A stretch of DNA of 64,000 bases from Camelus ferus (GCF_009834535.1 NC_045698.1:746001-810000); one strand, 5' to 3'. Counted from the stretch's first letter, positions 1-13,100 are shown. Numbers and translations are program-made. Notes: a model not told the origin generated them from the sequence alone.

Positions 1-2030
1 CAGGGCGAAGCCCACATGGGTATTTCTTGCTTCATCAGAACGTCACGGGTGCTCGTGAACCCCTGCTCTGAGCTGACCCGACAGGCTGCACTCGGAGGTG
101 CATGGACCTTCCTACCCCCTCGACGATGCTCCTCCTTCCTCCTTGTCCTGCAGAAACACCTTCATGGTGTGACGTCCACTCAGGGAAGCAGGTGCCCACG
201 CTGGAGGGGACAGTCCTCTGAGCCCCCCTCAACAGCCCAGTGTCCACACGGCTGTCCTGTTGGGCTAACACGCATCCGGCACTTGGGGTGGACGCTCCTC
301 CCCGAGGCTTCAGTCTCGTGATCACAGAAATGCCTCTCATCCTTCTCTCCCCAGACGTGGTGATCCAGTCACAGGAGAACCCCTCCCCACCCCGAGATCT
401 TTCCTCTGGGTGGTCCCTGCCATACTGACCTCAGCCAGCCCCTCTGGCCCCGAACTGAGACCGTCCTCCTGGGGCCTTCCCCTCGGAGCAGGGGTCACGG
501 GGCCAAGGGACAGTCAGCCCGGAGGCTGCAGCCTTTCCAGACACTGGATCAAATGCTGGGACTCAGGCCCTGCCTGAAAGCTGGCCAGGCGTGCACTTAC
601 AAGGCCCATGTGGGCATCTCATGTCTGTCCGCGCCACGCTGCAGGTGTGCGCCCTGAGGCCCGCGGGCGGCTGGGAGATCACAAGACCCCACAGTGCAGG
701 ACAGAGGTGGGTGGGAAGGAAGAGGGCAGGCTGGAGAGGGCTCCTCCCTCTGGGCCTTGGACCCCAGGCCTGTGGCCGACCCCCTCCCCAGGGGCTCCCA
801 CTCCTCCAGCTCTAAGCCCAGCCCACAGGTGTCCCGCCTTCCCTGGGTGGCTGTCTCTGGGAGTCCAGCATGTCCATCGAAGTTGAGACCCTCCAGAATT
901 CAACTTTGTCCTTTAAGATGGCTTTGCTTTTCTGCTGCTGTATAAGAGACACCCACGAGCACATGTGCCCCAGACACTGGCCCCGGAGTCCTGTGCAGAG
1001 GCCGACCTGGGCCAAGGGCCCATGGCCACCTGCTTTCTCCAGGGCCCTGACTCGATGTCAGGAAAGCCAGCAGGAGGCTGTGCTGGCGAAATCCCAGGCA
1101 CCTGGGGCTTGTGGAAACGGCCCTTAGAGAGAGCCAAGCGTCCCACGGACAGCACAGGAGAGATGGCGCCTGCTTCAGCCGCTGTCCTCGGTCAAGGGGC
1201 CTAGAAGTCTGCTCCCTGGTGTCGCCGGACGTGTGTGTAGGTTGGGAACAGCTGCCGGGCCTGGAGCACCTAAGTGCCCACACACCTTGGCCTGAAGCAC
1301 GTGGACTGAGGGTGCCTGGAGGGCAGGACTTCCAGTTCCAATTGCAGCGTGGACCCTGGGGACGGACAGAGACGCCAACACCGCCAGCTCCGCTCTGGGG
1401 GCTGAGCTCTCTTCCCAAACAATGCGGAAACCAGCCTCTGCCCAGCAGGCCTCCCAGGTCGTGGCCCTGGTCCTGTGGGCTCAAGTAGGCCAGGTCCTGC
1501 CACCTCCCAGCACCTGCTCCATCCACACTGGCTTGCGGTGCAGAAAGGCAGCTGCTGTCTTTGCCTGCCCTTCCATTGGGTCCCCTCCATTGGTCAGCAC
1601 GTGCTCCCTCCTGGGGACCACAACGCCCTCACCCACCACGGCCGTGTCCACACCTAGTGTCCCACTGGGTGAAGGGGTGGAGAGACAGCTCCCTGCCCCA
1701 ACTCGGGGAGACGTTTGAGAGGCTGTCTGCTTCCTGCAAGTCTCCACCATGAACAGACCAGCTCCCCGTCCCAGGAGCACCGGGGCCAGGGGTCCCAGGG
1801 TCTCAGTGAGAACCACACCGCCTGTCTGTGGATGAAAGTTGCCACCAAAGCACTGGTGGTGGGAGCCGCCACGTCACCTAAAACAACGGAAAACCAGGTG
1901 CCCCGACATTGGGGTCACATCTCCCCGTCTCTGGCAGCCACGGGTGCTTCTCCCCAGCCCCGGCCCGGTCCTCCTGCCTGAGGCTGGCCATGGCAGAGGG
2001 TGTCACCCACTGACCGCCATGTCTCTGCAG

Positions 2031-2171
2031 GGACCTTCCTCATCCCCTACCTCATTGCCCTGGTCTTCGAGGGCATCCCGCTCTTCCACATCGAGCTCGC
2101 CATCGGCCAGCGCCTGCGCAGGGGCAGCATCGGGGTGTGGATGGCCATCTCGCCCTACCTGGGCGGAGTAG
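2031..2171 (+). CDS. SLC6A18: SLC6A18 exon 2 (141 nt)
   Basis: ctgcag|GGACC...GTAG|gtacgc; [46 protein letters not shown]. Confidence 0.93.
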   Translation, partial: GPSSSPTSLPWSSRASRSSTSSSPSASACAGAASGCGWPSRPTWAE

Positions 2172-5100
2172 GTACGCGCCTCCCTCTGGCCCCACCCGCA
2201 GCTCCTGGGGGTGGGGCTGCACTTACGTGTGACATGTGCACTCACCACGACGGTGCACCTCCTGTGGTTTAGAGCCCGCAGACGCAGGAGGATCCTGGAT
2301 GGACAGGCGCAGGGGCCCCGGGGGTGGGGAGGCTTGGGAGCAGGGCGCTGCCACTGAGCTCAGGGCACAGGAGGCAGAGGCAGTGGGCTGTGCCGAATTG
2401 CCCAGCCCGTCCCCCTGTGGTGCTGAGCCCACGTGTCATGGGAGGTCATGGTAGGGGGACAGAGGGCAGACCCCACTCCCCACGTGCCCTTGAGATGGGC
2501 GCTGCCGTAAGGGGGTCTGAGTGTCACCATCCAGGCCTGTCACACACCCAGGTGGCTGCAGGCCATCTGATAACCCCGGAAACAACCTAGATGGCTGGTG
2601 CAGAGGCTGGCTCTGGCCCAGCTGTGGCCTGGCTGAGACCCGGCTGAAAAGGCACCGCATGGCCAGGGAAATGATGGGTCGCTGGCGGGGGGGTGCGGCC
2701 AGATGTAGACCAGTGGGCGGGCAGTGGGAGCCCCTTGCCGTGAGCGTGAGGACGGTGCTTTCCCGGGAGGGAAGCGCTGACTGGCGGCGCCCGCAGGGCT
2801 GGGCTGCCTCACCGTGTCCTTCCTGGTCAGCCTGTACTACAACACCATCCTGACGTGGGTGCTCTGGTACCTCCTCAACTCCTTCCAGCACCCGCTGCCC
2901 TGGAGCGCCTGCCCGCTGGACCTCAATCGCACAGGTACACTCCCGGGCAGGACGACGGGGCTTCGTCACTCTGTTTCTTGTCCGTTCATTCACTGTGGGA
3001 CCCAGGGCCCCGGTCACCCCATTCCTTCACAGAGCGGCACCTGGGGCCTCGCAGCTGTCGTGTGCCCGGTGACCAGAGGGTGAGGGACAGGGTGGCTGCT
3101 CTCCCTGAATTAAGACTTCCAGTGGCGACCCCAGCCAAGGGCTCCATCTGGGGGGACCTCCCAGACGTGGGACACAGTCCGGGTTTTCACGTTTGCTCCT
3201 GAAGCCAGCTTGACCTCTTTCCCTTCCTGCGTCTGGCTGACACAAGCTTGGTTGGCACGTGTGGAAGGAGGCCAGCCCTGGGGGCCTGGGTGGTGGGCCC
3301 CATCCCCAGGTCAGCCCTGCAGGCCAGAGCTGGGTGCTCGGGGCAGCGGAGGCATGGAGGGCATCACCAGGGTGGTCAGCCTCCCTGCCCCTCACTCAGG
3401 GTGCTGTGGGTCCTGTCCGGGTGCCCAGGACAGGCCATCTGCAGCCTGTGGCCAGCACGTGACGGGCCCCCTGTCCCAGGGTTGGTGGAGGAGTGCCGGG
3501 ACAGCAGTGCCGTGAGCTACTTCTGGTACCGGCAGACGCTGAACATCACGGCCGACATCAGTGACAGTGGCTCCGTCCAGTGGCAGCTGCTGGTCTGCTT
3601 GGCGGCCTCCTGGGCAGTCCTGTACCTGTGCGTCATCAGAGGCATCGAGACCACCGGGAAGGTGAGAGCCTGGCGGGCAGACCACGCACTGCAGGTCCCT
3701 CCAGCTCCAGGGGACGCCTCTCCGTTTTGGTCCTCATTGGCCTCAGGAATTTAGAGGCTCAGCCAGGAGGGGCGTGAACTCTGGGGCTGCCAGGTCTCCT
3801 TGAGAGCTGACGCCTTTGTCCCTGGGAGGTGAGCCTCCGTGTCCTGGTGCCAGGCGGCTCGCGAGCCCACAGGGTGCTGGAGCTGCTGTGCCAGCCTCCT
3901 CTGACGAGGTTAACCTGGCGCATCTTTTCCAACTCCGTTTCTGTGAAGTTTTTTGGATCTCTGTGCTTACTGCGGTTTTGTGGACAGCATGCGGTTGCGT
4001 CTTGCGTTTTCGCTCCGTGTGACCGTCCTTGCCTTTTACTGGGGGTGTTTAGACCATTTACGTTTAATGTGCTGACCGGTCAGGGTGGGGTTAGCCTGCC
4101 CTCATGGGCTTGACTTCTGCCTGTCCCCTCTGTTCTCCGCTCCTGTCCCACTCTTTTCCTGAGCACTCTTTTGATCCCACGCTGGGTCCTTTGCTTGCTA
4201 GCTGGGACTCTGTTACCCGGGTGGCTGAGTTGGGGGCAGAGCATCACGGTCGTCTCCCTGCGAGGCTGCGCCACTCACCACGCAGACGACGCTCTTGGCA
4301 TCACAGCCTCACCCCACCCAGTGTCCGTGCTGCTGACGTATATTTTGCTCACGTGTTATAAACAGCAAGTGATTTCTTAGCATTTTTGTTTTAAGCAGTT
4401 GATTATCTTCTAAAGAGACTTGGATGATAAGAAAGAACACATTGCCAGTTATGTGGCTTCCAGCAGAAGGCACCAGAGGAGTCTGTGCGTGCAGCTCCCA
4501 GCAGGCTTCTCGAGGCACCCCCAGTGCAGGGGCTCCCCACCCTCTCTCTCTGGGCTTGGATACGTCCAGTGTCTTGTGTGTTGGTCCTTTAAGTGACTGG
4601 GACGAAGTTCCATGCATTTCCAGGCCAGGCCCCCTGATCCGGGGTTGTGGAGGTTTATGGGTCCGAGTGCCCCAGTGCTTCTGCTCGGTTACCGTGTGAG
4701 GGCAAGCGTCACTCTCACATGAGGGCTCCACGCTTGATTGTGAGGGTGGCAGTTTCTGAAGCAGCCCCAGCAAGCCGACCAGAAACCCCAAACACTCCTG
4801 CTACGAGAGTCCCCGGAGGGGCATCGCGTCAGTCTGCCTTTGGGGCCTGGGGCAGCGAGGGGAGAGCCCCCATTTTTTGTAGACACCGTGTGCAGACCTC
4901 TCCCCAACCCTGACAGAGCTGGGCCGGGTCCTGCTGCAGGGGAGGGCAGGCAGGTGAGCGGCCCATGGCCCCTGCGAAGCGGCCAGCTGGGGGCCTGGGG
5001 GTGGCAGGAAAAGGCATTGGTGCCGCGACAGCCTGACCTTGGACCAGAGGAAGCCTCCCGCCCCGGGGAGCCCACCGCCCAGCTCAGTGGACCCCACTGG

Positions 5101-8100
5101 GCGTCAGTGCATCTGAGCACCTCAGGGAGCCCCAAACCCTCCGAGCTTGCACAGAGCCCGCTGTCTTGGCCCCAATCCCACGGGAACGACGTCACAGTGG
5201 GTACCGCCCGCCTCTCTCGAGGTTTCACTTGGAACAGACACACAGGAAAGTCTAACAATTGCCCTTCTTTTAGGCAATTTATTTCACAGCCTTGTTCCCG
5301 TACCTGGTCCTGACGATCTTCCTCATCAGGGGACTCACCCTGCCCGGGGCCACCCAAGGGCTGGTCTACCTGTTCACGCCCGACGTGAGTCTTGACTCCA
5401 CGTCCCCCTGGGCCAGGCTCAGGGAGCACACGAGGTGGGGCCACTGCCCCACCCAGTTCGTCCCAACCCCTGGCTGTGGGAGCAGAGACGTGGCCACAAG
5501 GAAGGGTGGCTGGGGTCTCAGGGGTCAGGTTTGGAGGGGAGGGAGCAGGAGGAGGACTCGGTCTAGATTGGGGACCACTGTAAAAGAGGGGGTTCAGGGG
5601 AGAGGCCAGCTGGGGACCCAGATGTCCCACCTCTAGCAACCTGAACCCTACATCTCTGAGGGCCTCGTCCAGCAGCATGACCCGCCAGGTGGGGAGCCAC
5701 AGGGCCAAGGGGCCTGCCCACTAGAGCCAGTACACTTTCGGGACCGGTCCACAGTCTGCGGGACCCCAGGGGCTGCACAGCCGGCCCTGCAGGCAGAGCC
5801 CCCAGGGAAAGGGAAGGGGCACTGGTGTGGCAGCCAGCGCAGGTCTGCCTGAGCCAGCAGGAGCGCCAGGCACTCTCGGCTCGGGGCCCACCCGGCTCTC
5901 AGGTCCTGGAAACCCCAGGTCTGAGAGGAACAGAGCAAACACAGTTAAGTTCCAGCCACTCAGACCCGTCTCCACCCTGGGAGGTCTACCCCCAGGCTCT
6001 CAGGGCCTTGAGTGGATGGGACCCAGGGGTCATCACACGTCACCAACAGGCGGCCCGGGGTGGCTCTGTCTGCTCCTCACGTGTGGTCCTGGACTGTTCC
6101 TGGGGCCTGAGTGCGTGACTCAGAACTCTGGGAACGTTCTGGAACAGGAGGGACCGGGCCAGGGCAGCTTGTCTGCTGGCCACGGGCCTTCCCATCTCAC
6201 TCCAGATGCAGGTCCTCTGGAACCCCCGTGTGTGGCTGGACGCCGCCACCCAGATATTCTTCTCTCTGTCCCTGGCCTTCGGAGGACACATCGCTTTTGC
6301 AAGTTACAACCCGCCAAGGTAGGGCCGGGCTGGGCGGGGACCACGCTCAGACACACGAAGCCCTTCTCTGTCGGGAAGTCCTGCCCAGGTGGAGGTGGCC
6401 AGCAGTGAGCTTCTGATAACAGGCGATTCCTGAGTCATCCTCAAGGGCCGGGAGGCGGGGCCACTTCCAGCTCGGTCCGAGCCAGCTGCAGGAGGAGAAC
6501 CTGGGTGGTCAAGCCCAGGAGCAAGGCCTTACCTGTGCTCTGCCCCGTGTGTGATGCTCGTGGCCACAGAAGCAGAACCACGGCTGTATCAGCCTCCTGG
6601 TCACACAGACACCAGGCCGCAGCCTCTCCTGCAGGAGCTGTAGACTTGCTCTATGAGACCAAGAGGCTGAGGCCCCAAGCATGACCACGTCATAAACCCC
6701 AGGGCGCCGGCAGGCATGCCCTTAAACCACTTCCCCGGGGTTGTCTGAGGGTGGTAGGGCAGGCGGGGGTGCAGGGGCTGGTGGCAGGGGCCTCAGGCGT
6801 GGGTGTTGGGCCGCCAGGGGCTTCAGTGCGTTTCTGCTTGGACTCCCTTGAATGGCAGCTTGTGTGTGTTTCTCGTTTGGAGACTATCCCAGTGAGACCC
6901 GCAGCTGCCCCACCCTCGCCCTCAGCTCCCCGATGCCCCGGGAGATGGGGGCTGAGTGTGTTACAGCAGCAGCGCCCCGAGCTGGGGCCCCTGGGGAGGG
7001 GTTGGCAGGGTGGGGCTGAGACGTCCGAGTTCCGGGTGGAGCACAGGCAGGCCCCGGTGCAGAGCAGAGTGGGGGCGTCCAGGGTGCAGAGGTGTGATCC
7101 CTGAGTCGTCTCGAGGTTTGGAGGTGGGGTCTCTGGGCACACAGGGCCACACACGCACATGTCCCCCAGGAACAACTGTGAGAGGGACGCGGTGGCCATC
7201 GCCCTGGTCAACAGCATGACCTCCTTGTACGCGTCCATTGCTGTCTTCTCCGTCCTGGGGTTCAAGGCTGTCAACGACCACGGGCGCTGCCTGGACGGGT
7301 GAGCACGGTGCCCTCTGGGTCTGGGAACAGGTGTCCCCAGATCACGGCCCCACCACGGGGCCTGCTGCACGGGGGGCCCACAGACGACCTTCCCCAGGGG
7401 AGCGGGTGGAGGGTCTGTCCAGAACCTGGAATGGAAACAGGTCTCTGGCAGATGAGGTCGATCTGGGCAGGGTGAGCCCCCTGTCCGATGACTGGTGTCC
7501 TGATTGGACAGAAAGGGACGCAGGCAGGACAAGAAGCCACGTGAGACAAAGCAGAGGCTGGAGGGTTGCGGCCACAGCTCATGGATGCCTGGGGCCCCGG
7601 AGGCTGGAAGAGGCAGGAACGACCCTCCCCTGGAGCCTTTGGCAGGAGCACAGCCCTGGACATCTGGATCTCGGACTCCCAGCCGCAGGGCTGAGGAAGG
7701 AGGAACTTCTGTTGTTTCAAGGCCCCCCGTCCGGGGGCATTTGTCGCAACAGCCCCGGGAGCTGAGGCATTAGGAGGACCCCACACTTGGAGTTGTGCGT
7801 TCGATGGCCCGGCCTGGCCTACCAGACGTGTTTTCCTGGGTAGAACCCATCACAGTGTATAAGAGTGTCCCCCGGGGTGCCGTTGACGTCCACAGTGCCC
7901 GGGACGGCCCCACGGAGTGATCACCGTGTCACAGAGAGCCGAGATACCTGTTTCAACCGCGCTCGGCTGCGCTGCTGAGCGCGTGCTCCTCTCAGAATGT
8001 TCCAGAGAGGCTGCAGAGGCCACGCCCGGTGCACAGTGCAACCCCTGCAGGGGAGCAGGCGCCCAGCTGCCTCCACGGAGACGCCCAGCGAACAAGTCTG

Positions 8101-11100
8101 TTCATCCACTGAGGCCAGGCTCCCCCCACAGCACGTACCCCTGGCCTGAACAAAGCCTCTTGGAAGTTTTCTGTGGGTGGCATCACTGCCTTCTTGCTGC
8201 ATTTAGAACACTGGACAGAACTTAAACAGCAAAACCAACAAAAAGCACAAGAATTTGAGAACCGCAGCTCCAATCATGAGGCGCTCGGCTGCGGCTCCAG
8301 CTGAGACAAGGCGGAGCGTCCCAGGCCCCGAAGGGGACGTGCACGGTGGAGTGGAGCATCCCGGGGCCCGGAGGGGACGTGCGTGATGGACAAGTCCGCA
8401 AGTGCCCTCAGATGCCGCGGGGACTGGAGTCGAGGTTACAGATACATCTAGCAGGCAGGCGAATCAGCAAACACGGAAGCCCCCATGGTGTTTGAGCCAT
8501 GAGGTCCGAGACAGACAGTGCAGGCGTGCAGACCTGGGGCCACCGCCCACAACCTGGCCCGGGGTGGCCAAAATTCAGGGAGGCAGGAAGCGGCACAGCC
8601 CAGTTCGTACCCCCAGGGAGTGTCGCCTCCAGCCTGGGGCCCCTCTGGGGCTGGACCAGCCTTCTCTCCCTGCGAGTGCACGAGGCCAAGGGGCAGCTCC
8701 ACACTGCCAGCCCCACAGGTGTCCGCTCACCAGGCCTCCCTACCCCACAGAAACATCCTCCGTCTCATCAACGCCTTCGATCTCCCAGACCAGAGCATCT
8801 CCAGGGATGACTACACGGCTGTCCTCGCCCGCCTGAACGTCTCCCGGCCTGAGTGGGTGGCTGGTCTCCACCTGGACGCCTGCCGCTTGGAGGACTTTCT
8901 GGAAAAGGTACTCGAGGGGCCGGGTCGAGGGCACCAGGCCGCTCTGGGCCGAGTACTTGCTGCACATGGCCCCCTGGGGTCAGGAGTGCAGGACTTTAGG
9001 CTGACCCTCTGCCTCTGCTTCTCCGAGCTTCTAGAAAACCCTGTGGCCTAAACACACCATGGCTGAAGGGCCCTGCCCAGCAGGGGGTGGGGTCCAGGCT
9101 GATCCAGGAAAGCAGGCATTGCTGGTGCACAGAGACCAGGGAGAGGGGCCAGAGCGAGGTCACAGAGCCAGGCCGTGGCTGGAAGGGCCTCATGCAGGGC
9201 CAGCTGATGCCAAGGACTGGGGACAGCAGGCTGGGTGGGCAGCCATCTGACGGGCACCTGAGCCCACGCCCCCAGGCCCCACGTCCCCTGCTGGCTGCCG
9301 GTTATGTGGGGGAACAGGCTCCCCCGGCTCCGTAGGTGCTCCTGAAGTTTGTTACGACACAGCTCGCACAGGGCAGGGCCACCAGCCCAGACTGGTGCCA
9401 GGGACAGGTGCTGGTGTGCGTGTCCCGGGGTGGGGCATGCCTGTGCGCGAGGCCTGGTGTGGGCACGTGCCACCTCCTCCCTGCGCTGCCCTGCAGAGCG
9501 CCGCAGGCACGGGCCTGGCCTTCATCGTCTTCGCTGAGGCCGTCCTCCACATGCCCGGGGCACCCGGCTGGGCCGTGCTCTTCTTCGGGATGCTGTTCAC
9601 CCTGGGCCTGTCGTCCATGTTTGGGAACATGGAAAGTGTCATCACACCGCTCCTGGACTTGGGGGTCATGCCCAGAGGGGTCCCCAAGGAGCTCCTGACT
9701 GGTGAGTGGACAGCCACCTCCCTGCAGGCCTGTCACTCTCCAGACGCCCCTCCTCCAGGGGGGCTTCAGGGCCCTGTCCCCATGGAAGCTGCACCCTGCA
9801 GCTCTGACTTCACATCCTGAGGGTCGTTACCGGGGAGCCAAGGGTCAGGGAGTCAGGGGCCAGGGACGCTGTCCTGCACTGCCCACTGAGGCCACAGCCA
9901 TCTGAGCTTGTCCCCTGGCTCCCAGGGCGCAGGGGGACGTGGCCGGGAAGAGCAGACGTGACAGGCAGAGGAGCTGGGAGGGCAGCGCCAGGGCGACTGC
10001 CTGAGATGTGGGGTTGTGTCCAGGGCTGGCCTGCCTGGTCTGCTTCCTCTCGGCCACCTGCTTCACACTGCAGTCTGGAAGCTACTGGCTCGAGATTTTC
10101 GACCACTATGCTGCGCCCTTGAACCTGATCTTCTTTGCCTTCTTCGAAGTGGTCGGGGTCGTTTATGTCTATGGGATGAAACGGTGAGTCCCTGGGGTCC
10201 CGCCTTTCTGCTGCTAGCATCCGGAAGTACACAGTGCAGGAGTCCCGGGCAGCTGCAGGATGACATGGGACCCGGCCCTGCCTGGCTGCGGGGAGGCCAG
10301 CGACAAACGTCAGTCTCCAGCCACATGGTGGACTCCTGATGTCCAAGTGCAGGTGGGAACTAGGGCACCAGGAGGCCCGGCCAGGGTTCCGAGCCCTGCC
10401 CTCCTGGAGGCCACACACTGGTCCTGCCCACCCACACCTGGCCCGGGCCTGCCGCACACCTGACACTCACACCTTCACTCACATCGAGACTCACACCTGC
10501 ACTCACACCTGCCACCCTGACAGTAGCCCTGCCCAACGAGCCTGGAGGTTGTGACCTCTGTCCCTGTGTTCTAAGAGATCCCGAGAGACCCTGATGCCAC
10601 GGCCTCCACTGCAGCAATCTGGGCACGGGGACTGTGAGCTTGTCCCTGCGGGACACTGCCCACCTCAAGAGGCAGGCATGAGAGGCAGGGTCCAGCGGCG
10701 ATGAGGAGGAACAGTGAGCCCGTGGACTCAACTGACCGTGGGGTCTCAGAAGAAGACACTCCGGAGCTGGGAGGAGCAGAGCTGGGGGGCTGTGCAGGCA
10801 GGGGAGGGGCCATGAGGCGGGGCACCTTCTCCGCGTCTGCAGAGATGTTGCATATCCTGAGCCTCTGTCCCCACCCCTGGGGCCTGGGTCAGGCACCACC
10901 TTCCCCTGGGGTGTGCCACTGCCCCACCAGAGCTGGAGTCACCCCCAGGGTGGAAGTCCTCCCTCTCCCTCAACTGGGCTGACCCTCGCGCACTGGCCTT
11001 TCTCACCCATCTACCTGGAGGCTGAGTCCTCATTAGGACCCCAGAAGGCTGCCTCGTCTGGGGGCACTCAGGAAGATATGGGGCAAAGGTCAGAGTGGAG

Positions 11101-12363
11101 GTGGGGCGGGCCCCATGGGCCAAGTCTTGGGGTCACGGAGGCGCTGGCTGGGCGGGTGGAGCCAAGCCCAGTGTCTTCGTGGCAGGTTCTGTGATGATAT
11201 CGCGTGGATGACTGGGAGGCGGCCCGGCCTCTACTGGCAGGTGACTTGGAAGGTCGTCAGCCCCCTGCTGCTGCTGACCATCTTTGTGGCCTACATTTCC
11301 CTCCTGGCCAGCACGCCGCCGAGCTACAAGGCCTGGAACCCCCAATACGTAGGTCCTTTGGGCAGGGAGCGGGAGCCCGGGGACCGCCTCAGACCCGGCC
11401 TGGCCCTGTCCTGGTGCCACCCAGGACCCAGAGGACCCCTCGGTGGGCATTCACGCCCTAAGGACCATGTGGGCTGCTTCTGCTCTGAGACCCTTGACCG
11501 CGGATGCCCTCGGGGGTGACAGTTTGATTCCTGCAGCCCCAGTAACCTTGGGCAAGTGGTGGGAGGACAGGAGCAGTTTCCAGACTCTGGCAACCTCACG
11601 GGTCCCTGTAGCCCCTCCCACAGGGAAGTGCTTCCAGCCAAAATTCACAGGTGCAGTGGGGATGCCCAGCCTGGTCCCAGACAAGAAACCAGCCACCCAG
11701 CTGGTCGGCGGACTCTGGCTCCAAATCTTGGCCCCAGGCTGCACTGGGAGCCGAGTGGGACTGGCTGACCTGCCACCCCTCTTGCGGCTCAGAACCTTGC
11801 CTGAGCTTGGGTGGGTGGTGCTTCCCCCTTACAGAGGGAGCACGGGGTTTGACGATGCCTAGCAGGTCAGGACAAGGCAGCCCTGAGACCCCCGGTCTGG
11901 GCGGCTCTCTCCAGAACAAGATTCCCCGGATTCCAGGCCTGTTTCTCAGTGCCCAGTCGCCATGAGCGGCTCGGCCCCGAGTCCCAAAACATCGGCTGCC
12001 TGAGCCCACAGAGTGGCCCCTGGCTGTGTGCCTTTCCCACCCACCCATGCTGGGTGCTTCGTTTCGGGAAGAGCTGGGATGAAGCTGCCCCCACACAGTT
12101 CCTGCGGCCGGGGGTCAGCCTCGCCACATCTGGGGTGGGGGGCGCCCACCTCTTGGCCTGTGTCCCTGTAGGAGCAGTTTCCCTCGCGGCAGGAGAAGCC
12201 CTACCCGGGCTGGGTGCAGGCCATCTGCGTGCTCCTGTCCTTCCTGCCTGCACTGAGTGTCCCGGCGGTCACCCTGGTCCAGCTGCTCGCCCGGCGCCGA
12301 CGGAAGCAGCAAGATGTGCAGCAGGACATGGGCCCAAAGCTGCAGGACGGCGGGGTCTGCTGA
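2031..12363 (+). CDS. SLC6A18: SLC6A18 (B0AT3/XT2), sodium-dependent neutral amino acid transporter; coding exons 2-12, 5'-partial
   Basis: join(2031-2171,2797-2934,3480-3661,5274-5384,6206-6318,7170-7298,8751-8907,9497-9701,10024-10183,11186-11348,12172-12363). All introns are GT-AG and the frame is continuous. SLC6 motifs: [56 protein letters not shown]. Its position convergent with the TERT 3' end identifies SLC6A18 rather than SLC6A19. Confidence 0.93.
2797..2934 (+). CDS. SLC6A18: SLC6A18 exon 3 (138 nt)
   Basis: ccgcag|GGCTG...ACAG|gtacac; [24 protein letters not shown]. Confidence 0.92.
3480..3661 (+). CDS. SLC6A18: SLC6A18 exon 4 (182 nt)
   Basis: tcccag|GGTTG...GAAG|gtgaga; [10 protein letters not shown]...[11 protein letters not shown]. 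Confidence 0.93.
3900..4450 (-). mobile_element. Ancient L1 (L1M-type) remnant
   Basis: gccttttactgggggtgtttagaccatttacgtttaatgtg (about 4031-4071) is nearly identical to 42957-42997 inside the larger L1 remnant; boundaries approximate. Confidence 0.55.
5274..5384 (+). CDS. SLC6A18: SLC6A18 exon 5 (111 nt)
   Basis: ttttag|GCAAT...CGAC|gtgagt; [26 protein letters not shown]. Confidence 0.93.
6206..6318 (+). CDS. SLC6A18: SLC6A18 exon 6 (113 nt)
   Basis: ctccag|ATGCA...CAAG|gtaggg; [27 protein letters not shown]. Confidence 0.93.
7170..7298 (+). CDS. SLC6A18: SLC6A18 exon 7 (129 nt)
   Basis: ccccag|GAACA...ACGG|gtgagc; [33 protein letters not shown]. Confidence 0.93.
7415..7770 (+). mobile_element. 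MaLR solo LTR (MLT1-like) in SLC6A18 intron 7
   Basis: Recognisable MLT1 blocks: atgactggtgtcct, gctggaagaggcaggaa..ctcccctggagcctt, ttctgttgtttcaag, atttgtcgcaacagccc. Confidence 0.65.
8311..8390. repeat. Two-copy 40-bp tandem duplication
   Basis: 8311-8350 versus 8351-8390 match at 32 of 40 positions. Confidence 0.75.
8751..8907 (+). CDS. SLC6A18: SLC6A18 exon 8 (157 nt)
   Basis: ccacag|AAACA...AAAG|gtactc; [16 protein letters not shown]...CRLEDFLEK. Confidence 0.92.
9497..9701 (+). CDS. SLC6A18: SLC6A18 exon 9 (205 nt)
   Basis: ctgcag|AGCGC...ACTG|gtgagt; [16 protein letters not shown]...[16 protein letters not shown]. Confidence 0.93.
10024..10183 (+). CDS. SLC6A18: SLC6A18 exon 10 (160 nt)
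   Basis: gtccag|GGCTG...AACG|gtgagt; [18 protein letters not shown]...VYVYGMK. Confidence 0.93.
11186..11348 (+). CDS. SLC6A18: SLC6A18 exon 11 (163 nt)
   Basis: tggcag|GTTCT...ATAC|gtaggt; [26 protein letters not shown]. Confidence 0.92.
12172..12363 (+). CDS. SLC6A18: SLC6A18 exon 12 coding part, TGA stop at 12361-12363
   Basis: ctgtag|GAGCA...; [26 protein letters not shown]...LQDGGVC*. Confidence 0.9.
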   Translation, partial: EQFPSRQEKPYPGWVQAICVLLSFLPALSVPAVTLVQLLARRRRKQQDVQQDMGPKLQDGGVC

Positions 12364-13094
12364 GGGTGGGGCTGGGGCAGCAGCGTGGGGGTCCAGCCTG
12401 TGGGCCTCGCAGCCCAACCCCAATACACAGGTCCTCCCAGCGACTCCGAGACCCATGGTCTTTGCTTCCGACACCACCTCAGCCTCCAGGCCACCTCAGG
12501 GTACAGACCAGCTCCGACATCGCAGTCCATGCCCTTCTCCAACCAGAAACAGCCCGCCGTGTGGCTCCTGGGCCCTGCAGTCTGGGGTCCTGCCCGGGGC
12601 ATCTGGGTGGTCTTGCACTTACCCGGCGAGTCCACAGGCAAAACTGCTGGGGTCCCAACGGTCAGGGTGGAGATGTGGCCACTGGGAAGGCCCAGACACG
12701 CTCCTCCACTGAGGGCCTGTGAGTTTGGGAACCAGCAGGGCCGGTCTCTGAGAAAAAGCCGACAGCGTTCTCTCCCCTGAGCTGGGAAGGGAGGCTTGGC
12801 CCCCTAGAAGCCCATTGCTCTACCCAGAGCCCTGGGGTCCTGAGGAGGGCATGCCATGACTGCCCACGCGATGGGGAAGCTCACGGGAGAGGGGGTCTGT
12901 CTGGGACCGAGGCTTGGGTGTCCTGTACTCAGAGAATTGCCACAGAGGCACAGACGCCCCGCTCCCAACTGGCCAGGGCACCACGGCCCAGAAAGCCGGG
13001 GGTGGGGGGTGGTCGGCTCTTCCCAGGTTTAGCTCAGAAACACATCATTTTTTTTTTTTCCGAGAATTCTCAGGGTCAGTGTGTGTTAGGAATG

Positions 13095-13100
13095 AATAAA
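13095..13100 (+). terminator. Candidate polyadenylation signal (AATAAA) of SLC6A18
   Basis: First AATAAA I found downstream of the stop (about 730 nt), preceded by a U-rich tract. Confidence 0.5.

Noticed and set aside
4689..5708. 339-aa minus-strand ORF and similar long ORFs (6690-7532, 58044-58934)
   Set aside because: P/G/R-rich antisense ORFs typical of high-GC DNA, where stop codons are rare.
7959..8293. 13-bp direct repeat gcgctcggctgcg (7959 and 8281) as a target-site duplication
   Set aside because: No poly-A tail or terminal inverted repeat adjoins either copy; plausible by chance in GC-rich DNA.
10455..10515. Short cactcacacctg-like repeats as a CRISPR-like or functional array
   Set aside because: A degenerate simple repeat with no spacers, in a mammalian intron.
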